IMG/VR virus record: IMGVR_UViG_3300042396_000450
Coordinates: 47,624-111,623 of that record
Origin: a virus
Direction: 5' to 3' (one strand)
Length of the DNA: 64,000 nt
In this document: positions 54,470 to 63,635 of the stretch, one piece after another
How the letters are laid out: every line of letters starts with the position of its first letter
Position numbering within the stretch: position 1 is the stretch's first letter
Translations under genes and position numbers: made by a program
The notes under the pieces: model-generated
Seen by the model: only the letters and a program-made list of their open reading frames with translations
What the model was told of the DNA's origin: nothing
The model's database searches: none

Positions 54470-55714
54470 TTAATTAATTTTATTAGCTGATTCATAAAGT
54501 TCATCAAACTCCTCATTTATGCAATCTAATATATTTTTACTTAATCCTCGATAATACTCTATATCCCATGCTATATAGAAACCACTATGCGTGCTAGTTA
54601 CACGTAAGACATTATCGTAATAACTTATGAGATAATGTCCATCGTAATGTAGACTATAGCTAGTACCACAAAAATATAGTACCGCTTTAACATTATTCTC
54701 GTATCTAAATGTTATGTAGGTAGTGCGATATTTATTATTTTTATCAAACTCACTAGATTTAGGAAATCCAAATAACTCAATTAACATATTAATGTAATGA
54801 CGCGTATCACTATCTATCTTACCTCTCCATGGTTTATCTACTACTTCAGGTAAGATAAATTCACAATTCTGAGGATTGAATTTAACGTCGGCTAGTGGGT
54901 ATTGATATGTCTTAGAACTCTTTGATCTCATCTTGTAGGCTTTAGCTAGTAATGATTCATTCATTACTAGCTGATAATAATAGGTACTAGTTAACGCTGT
55001 ATCTTGATAACCGTTAGCCGCTGACGGAATAAATACTGGAATATTTGATCTATGATTACAATGTTTGTATACTGGTGTAGATTGTTGCATAGTACCATGC
55101 CACCACTCATTTAAGTCATTAAAGTTACTTAATAATATCAGAGCATTACCGTATATATTCTCTAACCATAAACCAAATATCTTAGTATGATCAGGATCAC
55201 TGTACATTATACGTAATTTAGCTCTTGCGGTGAAACCTTTACCATCTACTGACATAGATTCTCCAGCTACCCAGAAAAATAGAGTCTTACCTAGATGCTT
55301 CATATCTCCATCTATTTTATTCATTCTGGAATTAGCATCATGTTTGGCACGATCATCTGTAGCTTGGCATGATGAATAGTAAATCGAATTACCTTGATTG
55401 TAACAGGTATCTTCATCACTTACTATACGTGTAGTAGAATTTGTTACTGTAGCTGATAATAAATCACTTACATTCTTATTATCTAATCCAATTGATAATA
55501 AATGCCTACTTAACTTCTTATTACCTATTCTCTTACTGCGCCATTCTTCAGGTGTTAATCCACGAGCTAATTCTGCTAATTCAGGCTTGTTAAAATTGAT
55601 AGCGGCTAACGTGAGCATATCTTGGTATAGCATATTTAGTCCTCTAATAATTATTAATTCAGACTTAGAAAGTTGATAATTGAATATTAATGGGGGAGTA
55701 TAGAACTCCCACAT
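54470..55714 (-). CDS. Hypothetical protein
   Basis: Long ORF; true start may be the internal MLYQD. Confidence 0.6.
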   Translation of the reverse strand: MWEFYTPPLIFNYQLSKSELIIIRGLNMLYQDMLTLAAINFNKPELAELARGLTPEEWRSKRIGNKKLSRHLLSIGLDNKNVSDLLSATVTNSTTRIVSDEDTCYNQGNSIYYSSCQATDDRAKHDANSRMNKIDGDMKHLGKTLFFWVAGESMSVDGKGFTARAKLRIMYSDPDHTKIFGLWLENIYGNALILLSNFNDLNEWWHGTMQQSTPVYKHCNHRSNIPVFIPSAANGYQDTALTSTYYYQLVMNESLLAKAYKMRSKSSKTYQYPLADVKFNPQNCEFILPEVVDKPWRGKIDSDTRHYINMLIELFGFPKSSEFDKNNKYRTTYITFRYENNVKAVLYFCGTSYSLHYDGHYLISYYDNVLRVTSTHSGFYIAWDIEYYRGLSKNILDCINEEFDELYESANKIN

Positions 55715-55922
55715 AACTATCTATTTCTTCGCTGAACTAAATAATCCAACTAGATATGAATTAGTTAGTACACATAACCATAGATCAACTTGAGTTGTGA
55801 TACCAAATGTTAATAACCATTTAGTTATAATAACTTGAAGTAACCATCCTCCTAGTACAAAAACACTAACTGTTAATACTAACGCACCTACAGCTTGTAA
55901 TGTTAATTTCATGAGATTCTCC

Positions 55923-56132
55923 TTATTTAACTACTTCAACTAATTGAACTTCAACTAATACTGGTTGGCGCGATTTGTCATTTAGTAATGCTTTTAATAC
56001 ATTACTACTATGATGTTTCATTTTAAAAACACGCGCACTAGATAACTTCTTTGACTACCTACCCCATTGTGTTCCTGACGCTCTAGATTGTCGCCAATAC
56101 TCGCCAGTCAACGAGTCTTTAATTATGTACAT
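55923..56132 (-). pseudogene. 69-codon ORF with in-frame TAG (56055-56057), probably from TGG
   Basis: MYIIKDSLTGEYWRQSRASGTQWGR*SKKLSSARVF...; resembles the C-half of 57016..57471 (YVVKNTKTNKYY...W...DATTF). Confidence 0.6.
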
Positions 56133-56858
56133 TCAGTTTACTACCAATCATCCAACCCCGTAATTCCGACTATCAAATCAACTAATTCATCCTCCGACAA
56201 CTGGCAGTTAGTTAGTTCAGATTGTTTCAGAATATCATTATCTACAAACCTATGAAATTTAAAAAGAAGAGTTTCTGCATTTGCAGCACACATTACGTCT
56301 TTAAATTCTGTACCATAGTAAATCTTTCCAGTTAAACTCATATCTGAGTTAATAGTTATATCAGTTAATACGTAACCTTTATATTCGTTCATTTCTAACT
56401 CCAATAACTACAAGTGAACTATTAGTTAATTGAGTTAAGGTACATCAATTAACTAATACATGATCTACATCAACTAAACTAATGTGAACTTAGTAAATGT
56501 AAGTTTACCATCATTTACATTAGGTACGATAACTTCATCACCTTTAACTAAAGATTTAATACCTCGTTTACGCTTACCTATATCAATAGATAACGTATCT
56601 TTAATTAACTTAACTTTGCGAGACTTAGTGTAACTCAAGTTAATAGCATTCTCTAATTGCTCTCTATTAAGAAGTGCATTAAACTCTTGATATCTTAATG
56701 TACAGTTAGCAGGTAGAATGGAAACAATTGCGGCATTTAGATTAAGTGCGAAGTAAATCATGTTATCTCCAGTTAGAATGAGTTAATTGAACAGTAGTTA
56801 AATAATGTTAATTAAGTGCATTATAATTGCAACTTAATAAATGAGTTAAAGATGTTAA

Positions 56859-57023
56859 TCATAACAGATTTAGAATGTCTTTGTATGATGTAGGTTGTTT
56901 AACTTGATGTTTGTTTAATTGACGTATAGCAAATCTCCCTAATCTATCAAAAGTGACAAAGGTTAAGTTAGTGTTCTCTAAATCAACATCAGGTAAAGTA
57001 ACTTTAGTAGCCCACTTATTCAT
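56859..57023 (-). CDS. 54-aa protein ending in the SYKDILNLL tag (below the ORF-track cutoff)
   Basis: MNKWATKVTLPDVDLENTNLTFVTFDRLGRFAIRQLNKHQVKQPTSYKDILNLL. Confidence 0.65.
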   Translation of the reverse strand: MNKWATKVTLPDVDLENTNLTFVTFDRLGRFAIRQLNKHQVKQPTSYKDILNLL

Positions 57024-57987
57024 TTAACTTTCTCAATTGTTCCCAAGCTTCAGGTAAATATTTTTGTAATGCTTGCCAGTATTCTACTACTTCTGTGTCG
57101 GGATAGTAAGTACAAACTTCACAAGCATCTTCATAGTTAAGGAATGTAGTAGCGTCATTAGGAGAATTACCCCATTCTAAAGTTCCTCTTTTATAATACT
57201 TATTTGTTTTAGTATTCTTAACTACATACTTTGAATTTTTAGTCATAGCATAACTTCTTTTTACAGTTTTAGTTGATTCAATACTCATGTAGGTTCTCAT
57301 TTGATTACTCTCACTTATTTTCTTACTTAATGCAGTTAACATCATGATGTCATTCCCTAAATCAGAAATTTCATCTTCGTCATCAATTAAACTAGAGCGA
57401 GTTTGATACTTAACTATTAGATTATTAATAGCTAATATTATGAACACTCTATCCTTAAATCCTAATTCCATAGTAGTTACTTAACTTAGTTACCTCGTTA
57501 AGTTGAATGTTAACTAGTTAGTAACAACTAATTCAGCTAATGTTTTACCATCAACAGTTAATACACCATTCTTAAAGTTAACCTCATCACCCAAATATTC
57601 ATTCTTAACTGTTTCCAACCAAGGACTTCCACAACAACCACAACCTCCAATAGACATATCATATTCAACATACAATGCTTCTAACTTAGAAAGAAATTCA
57701 ATTGTTCGCTGATTCATATTACACCTTTACTTTCTTGATTGCACGTTTAATTGGTTTACTTAATTCAACAGCTTCATCATAAGTTAGAAACTGTTTATCT
57801 CCAACTATGAATACTTCACGTAACTCGAATCTATCAACTACAGATGTACCGGGTTTAGCAGGTCTAGCGAATACGTTACTCATGTTATTCTCCTAATATT
57901 TTAGAAAGTAAATCAATTACACTGGATAGAAATAATCCAAATAGTGTACCAAGTAAGAAAATAAATAGTATTGGCATTGTCAATCTC

Positions 57988-58581
57988 CTAATAAACTAAT
58001 AGTTCACTATTAAATCGCACTAACTTAAGTAGAGTTAGCAGTTTCCAATCTACAGGAAATGACTTGAATCGGAGATCTGTGCGTGATTTAATTTCCATCT
58101 GTTTAACCTGTTTCCATTTACGTAACTCCTCAATAACACTATCTTTAATTGGTACATCTAACCATTTAGATAACTCAATTAATAATTTAAGTGATTCCGT
58201 ATCAGATGTACATTGAACTACACCTACACTAGATTTATTTCTATGTTGATAAAACGCATATTCGCTGGACTTAACTTGAAAACCAAGCCATTGATCATTT
58301 CGTTTAACTGCAATGTCTACTTGATATACAGAATCAAGTATGGTGTAATTTTCAACTAGATGCACTTCATCTAATTGAAGTAACTTGAGAATGTTAACTA
58401 GATACAACTCTGTTTTCTTACCTTTGTCAACAGCAGCTTTAGTATTGTAATTTGGTCTAGTAAGTTTAATTTTATCTAGACCATATATCAGATGATCTAG
58501 TGTTAACTCGTATGGTTTGTTGGCGATCTTGAAGCTCATAACATTGTCCTCTAAATAAATTGACCAACAAAGAAAGCGCAA
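57988..58581 (-). CDS. PD-(D/E)XK-like nuclease
   Basis: GKKTE...D....VDI...GFQVKSS. Confidence 0.55.
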   Translation of the reverse strand: MRFLCWSIYLEDNVMSFKIANKPYELTLDHLIYGLDKIKLTRPNYNTKAAVDKGKKTELYLVNILKLLQLDEVHLVENYTILDSVYQVDIAVKRNDQWLGFQVKSSEYAFYQHRNKSSVGVVQCTSDTESLKLLIELSKWLDVPIKDSVIEELRKWKQVKQMEIKSRTDLRFKSFPVDWKLLTLLKLVRFNSELLVY

Positions 58582-60311
58582 CTTAATTGCTGCGCTACCT
58601 TAATTGATAATCTATATGGTTACTTAAACTTGATATTACTAGTCTCAATCTTCCCCGTATGTTCCTCAACTTCAATCTTAGTTTCAGTTACCTTCTCAGG
58701 TGGAGTATTTTTATCTGCATAACTACTAGTTGTAGTCTTAACTCCATCTTTAATTACAATTTCAATTCCAACTAATCGTTTATCCGACATACTTATCTCC
58801 TAGATAATGTTTAACTAATGCTAGTGGAACATTACAATAAATATTCTCAGGATTAGTAATTGATCGAATATGCACATCACCTTTTATACCTTCAGATACA
58901 ATTTCCCAATCATGTAATCCTAAATGTGGATGAAAGTAAGAAAAAACAGGTGGTTTGTACAATTCAATATTATTATTATAAACCAGCTTTTCACCCCAAT
59001 CTTCATGTTCAATTACATAATAATAACCATTTCTAGTTATATATGTAACTTCAAACACATGACCTTGTGGTTGATTAAGTAAAACAACTTTATCTCCGAT
59101 ATTGAATTTATTCATCTTCATCTTCTCCTTGTGGTGCTGGTATAGTTGGACTTTCTTCTCCATTACCTCTTTCATCAGGATCTAACTTCATTACGATTCT
59201 CCATAGCAAATAATTCATCACGAGTTAACTCAACACGATCTAAATCGTTATCATCTACAGTGTCATAGAATAACTTCATAAATTTAGCATTATCAACTTT
59301 TAATTTCTCCAATAGCTTAAGACATTCAATTAAACCTCTAACATAATAGTATTCACCATCAACACGTATTCTGATAGCTATACTTAATATTTTCTTACCA
59401 TCTTGATCTGTTACTACATTAATAATTGGTTTCCATGCTGTGTAACGTTCAAGATTAATACCGCCGCATTCAAGTTCAAAATTCTTCATTATACTCCTAA
59501 TAAGAATCGGTGTGTTCATCAACTTACTCTTTTTCTTACAATTTGAATGTCTTGTGGTTCATACGCTAACATTAATCCTACTATCTGGATATATAACACA
59601 AGCACTAAGATAACTACTTACGAACTTTACTAAATCCTCATATTTGCCCCAACCGTTAGCGGGATTTAACTTCCTGTATTTATCAGGATCACTAATTAAT
59701 TCAATCAACCCTTCAGCTAGAGGTTTAATTAACTCACTAGCATTAGTTACTTCTGGATGCCATAAACACTCATACAATCCAGCTAATTCAGCCATTGTAT
59801 TTAGATTGTGAGTTATGTTAGCAGTAAACACTTCAGTAGTAGTTACTTCATCAGATACAACTACAACTGGTTCATCTATCGTTAACCAAACATCTAAACT
59901 CATTATTCTGCGTATATAACAGTAGTTACATCAACAATTACACCATTACGTGCGAGTATTATAAGTTGATCATCAAGCTTAACATAATAATAATGAGATT
60001 CAAGTGGAATATCAGTTAATGCAGATTTAAGTTCACTTGTTAAAGAACTAAGTTCAGCTTCTTTCTTTTCTCTAGTTACGTCTAACTCTTTAACTTCAGC
60101 TTTAGTTTCTAAAATGTTTACGATGATTTGTCCTAATTTACTCATTCTAATTCCTCCATAATTACATCATCGTCATCATCACATGAGAAGAGAAACTCAT
60201 CATATGATTCCTTGTTAAGTTTAGTTAGAAGAAGACGTGCATCCTCATTGTGTAGTGTGTACATAAACTTAGTTGAACTGTAGTTAAATTACTTAACTAC
60301 AGTTAGTTATC

Positions 60312-60710
60312 CTATCCTAGTTGTTCCAGCATTTTAATCTTCTCTTCCTTACTTAATTCTTTAAGTTGTTTAAGGTCATCTTCATGTATTGCTTCTAATA
60401 ACTGTCGCTTCAGTTGAACCTTATTAGCTAATTTAACTCTAGTTGTTTCACGTTCAACAGCTTCAAATGTGAGAGTAGCGTAAACATACTTAATTACTTC
60501 ACGACGTAATTCAAGTTGTTCAGTTAACTGAGATTTAACATCACTTAAACCATCTTCAACTTGTTCGCGCAATTGACGATTAAGTTCCTTATAAGCTACA
60601 TCTAAGTCAGGTAACTTACAGTTATATAAGTCTTCAGTAGATATTAATTTACCGTTAACAGAGTAACGTAATGCTAAACGAACAGACTTTTCGATTAATG
60701 TTGCAGTCAT
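60312..60710 (-). CDS. Coiled-coil hypothetical protein
   Basis: 132 aa; GGAG SD upstream; follows the 660-aa gene. Confidence 0.65.
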   Translation of the reverse strand: MTATLIEKSVRLALRYSVNGKLISTEDLYNCKLPDLDVAYKELNRQLREQVEDGLSDVKSQLTEQLELRREVIKYVYATLTFEAVERETTRVKLANKVQLKRQLLEAIHEDDLKQLKELSKEEKIKMLEQLG

Positions 60711-60772
60711 GAGATTCTCCTAATTGATTGATTAATACACTTTTACTGGATGAGTGTGAACCACAGGAACTG

Positions 60773-62755
60773 TTATACCTTAACTCTCATAGTTCTATTA
60801 CCATTAACTCTAACTACAAAGTTATTACGTAATGTTGAATTAAATCCAACTCCAGATAATTGGTTACTGCAAGATGGTGTCTTTAACTTATCACCAAGTA
60901 CATCAAATACCTTACGACTATGCTGAACTAATTCAGACTTAAGATACTCATTAAAGATAGATCGAGGATTATCTGAATTAACACATCCTTCTAACATAAA
61001 GAGATAGTGTTTTTCACCGATAGCAGTTGTCCAATGATTAGGAGATAAACTAACTAGATTGACCTTATGGAATAAATTAGTCTTAATACCCCATATCTCC
61101 TTAGATGACACACTAGAACCGCTACTATCAAGTGATTTAACAATAGTAAATCCTTTTAATTTGTCGAATTTAACAGTAACTACAGGTATTGTCTCTCCAC
61201 CTCGAAGATTCTTATTATATGCGTAAGAAAAAAGAGTACCATCTATTTCTAATTCAGCAGTAAATCCGCCATTAGATGTACGAGATGAATAGTTATGAAC
61301 AAAGTATGTGTATTCACCATCCAGCATTCGGCGGCGATCTATGTGAACTATGTTCTCTACTGCAACTCCTCTAGGAACGCGTATATCAACGTCCAACGAG
61401 CCACCAGTATTTCTACTAACTTTATTATTGTATGCAATCTCACAATAAAGAGGTTCTCTACAATGAGCATCGAAATCAATAATGTTATTATCATTATCAT
61501 TCCATTGAATACTAAACCTACTAACTACATTATCTACACGTCCACCTGCTGCTTTAACTCTCTCACGCATACTATCAGCATTACCGCCATTGTAAACCCA
61601 GCTAAATGAGTTATCCCACTTAAATAATGTAGGTGCTGCACTATCTACAGCAGTTACTAAACTAACTAAATTACCACTATGGCGCGATTCAAGTAGTAAC
61701 TCAACATTAGTAGCACCAGGTAACACATCATTAATAAACTCATCTATGTTAACTTCATCTAACTTAACTAATGACTTAGGATTAACAGGAACTTCATCTA
61801 ATATGCTATCAAATACATTAGTATTGAGTTTCTGAGAGCGATTAATAAACAGAGCATCATTAACGTTAATATCAGCTTCATTTGCAAATCTCCTATTTAA
61901 TGCAGATTCTAAACCTAGTTCAATTACAAGTTGATTAGCTTCCTCTACTTGTTTCTTAGTAGAGATAACTTGATTAGTTCTCATGTAGTTAGATGGAGCT
62001 ACCATAGCTTCATATTTTCTAACTGCAACATTAATATCAACACTATTAGATAAATCAATTAATAAACTACCTATTGAAGTGTTTCTAATACCTGCAATAA
62101 ACGAACTAGAGTTAATCCAACAATAGTTATCCTTATTAATAGTATCCTTGTATTCTTGTTGATGTTTAAGTAATTCAATTAAACTAGTTTTATTTGATTC
62201 ACCTCTATATAACTGATTTTGTGCAATTAACTCAAGCACTGTTTCAGTTGAATCAATTGATAGTTCATTTAATGCTCGTTTAAATGTTTCCTTCTTACTA
62301 CGTTTATCAGACATCAAGGTATTTTCAGTTAAAAAAGATTGAGTTACTAATGTACTAGGTAACTCATAATAGAGATGTTGCCATTCTACATCAATAGTTA
62401 AACTACGATCTGTACCTAACTTAGATTGTTTAGTTATGAATACATTAGTTATGTTAGATTCACTAACTAACTTATCTAATGCAGCTATAACTCCTGCATA
62501 CATAACGTCATCTACAGTGAAATCCCACATTGACTTAACTTCACCATCTTTAATGGCAACTACATTACCATACTGTTTAATAAACTGTCTACAACAGTTA
62601 CAGTTAAATCCTTGACGTTCATCATCAGGAAACGCATTTAAATAAGCATCCCATAACTCATTCTTATTAACATCAGTTACATATAACCGAACTTGTCCTT
62701 CAATGAGTTTATTGAAGTTACTTTGAAACAATACTTTAAATTCATTAAATTGCAT
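60773..62755 (-). CDS. Large hypothetical phage protein (N-terminal CNCC motif; C-terminal YfaP/DUF2135-like DFDAH...LDVD...VENI segment)
   Basis: 660 aa ORF with AGGAG SD. Confidence 0.65.
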   Translation of the reverse strand: MQFNEFKVLFQSNFNKLIEGQVRLYVTDVNKNELWDAYLNAFPDDERQGFNCNCCRQFIKQYGNVVAIKDGEVKSMWDFTVDDVMYAGVIAALDKLVSESNITNVFITKQSKLGTDRSLTIDVEWQHLYYELPSTLVTQSFLTENTLMSDKRSKKETFKRALNELSIDSTETVLELIAQNQLYRGESNKTSLIELLKHQQEYKDTINKDNYCWINSSSFIAGIRNTSIGSLLIDLSNSVDINVAVRKYEAMVAPSNYMRTNQVISTKKQVEEANQLVIELGLESALNRRFANEADINVNDALFINRSQKLNTNVFDSILDEVPVNPKSLVKLDEVNIDEFINDVLPGATNVELLLESRHSGNLVSLVTAVDSAAPTLFKWDNSFSWVYNGGNADSMRERVKAAGGRVDNVVSRFSIQWNDNDNNIIDFDAHCREPLYCEIAYNNKVSRNTGGSLDVDIRVPRGVAVENIVHIDRRRMLDGEYTYFVHNYSSRTSNGGFTAELEIDGTLFSYAYNKNLRGGETIPVVTVKFDKLKGFTIVKSLDSSGSSVSSKEIWGIKTNLFHKVNLVSLSPNHWTTAIGEKHYLFMLEGCVNSDNPRSIFNEYLKSELVQHSRKVFDVLGDKLKTPSCSNQLSGVGFNSTLRNNFVVRVNGNRTMRVKV

Positions 62756-62979
62756 AACTCTAAGTCTCCTAATTGTGTTAACTCTAAACTAACTTAATTA
62801 ACAATGAATAGTTATCACTAAATCCTGCAAACTTAAATGACTTATAATGGACAAGTTACAGGAACTAAAGCAACTATTAATTGAGCTAGTTGTTTCTTAC
62901 TTAACTAAATATCTCTCTAATTAAGATACTTAGTATACTAAGATACTTCACTAACTCGCCCCTTACACTGTTCTAGGAA

Positions 62980-63370
62980 ATTTAGATAGATCTATCCTAA
63001 ATACCTAACATTACTACTACTAGTAGTCTTTTTAACGTTGCGACTTGTTGTTAACTCAGTGCAACTAATTACTTACCATTGATCCTAACTATTGCTAGGT
63101 GGTGTCACTTGACTTGTCGGGACATTACCTGGTATCTCTAGATGTCCGAACATTGTGCAACCGTGATAGTGACCTTCTTTATGTTTTAGCTCTAGAGCCA
63201 GGACTTTCACCCTGATCACGGTGTAGACTACTGGTGTTCTGAGGTGTCTTGATAAGACCCAGTGCCTACGGAATGAGTAAACCCCTTAAACTCATACTCC
63301 GCATACCAGCCAATACCGTAAACTACGTGACGCAGTATCAAGGGATCTTTCGATATTAGCTAGTAATATC
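62980..63370 (-). ncRNA. Putative large structured noncoding RNA
   Basis: ORF-free, locally GC-richer stretch with at least 7 nested or adjacent stem-loops; strand inferred from neighbours and G-U pairing. Confidence 0.5.
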
Positions 63371-63584
63371 ATAACTTAGTTTTTAATAAATTTACAACTA
63401 AATTATTCAAACAACTTAATACTGAAGGTTTTTGTTCTAGTAACATTTCCTCATATAATTCGACAGCAATATCATATACCGCGCTACGTCGTTGATCTAT
63501 TAACTTATTTTCATGAGCTTGACATTCTTCAGGAGTGTCAAATAACTTACCATCTCTGGATTGATACTTAGTTACTTTTTTCAT
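63369..63584 (-). CDS. Small hypothetical protein (YQSRDGKLFDTPEECQAHE type)
   Basis: 71 aa ORF with AGGA SD. Confidence 0.65.
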   Translation of the reverse strand: MKKVTKYQSRDGKLFDTPEECQAHENKLIDQRRSAVYDIAVELYEEMLLEQKPSVLSCLNNLVVNLLKTKL

Positions 63585-63635
63585 TATCTTAATTCCTGTG
63601 ATGTTTAACTTATTTTCTTACCATGTCAAGATAAA

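Larger units (their letters stand above)
462..63621. repeat. Dispersed 9-mer GTAAGAAAA, at least 52 copies on both strands
   Basis: 22 plus-strand and 30 minus-strand exact copies located by eye (listed in findings). Confidence 0.85.

Noticed and set aside
3555-61609. Short antisense ORFs in the track (e.g. 3555, 4984, 7053, 8674, 12391, 14697, 18376, 24107, 37758, 49243, 61295)
   Set aside because: They are shadows of well-supported genes on the opposite strand and have no recognisable motifs
5280-61690. Second dispersed motif family GCGG(G)ATT / GCGCGAT / GCGGCGAT
   Set aside because: Recurs noticeably but is too degenerate to establish without counting, and it is not the HIP1 palindrome GCGATCGC
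63120-63215. RNase P RNA (GAAAGTCC and CCAGGTAA fragments on the minus strand)
   Set aside because: Spacing does not fit and the 3' P4 consensus was not found; kept only as an unassigned structured RNA
62760-63370. DGR template repeat downstream of the FGE gene
   Set aside because: No AAC-rich copy of the variable repeat (no GGTTTTCG or CGTTCTGC match) and no RT or Avd ORF seen in the window
63601-63629. Sigma70 promoter TTGACA-N17-AAACAT with the GTAAGAAAA motif in the spacer
   Set aside because: The -35 box is perfect but the -10 box is poor, so it cannot be supported without TSS data
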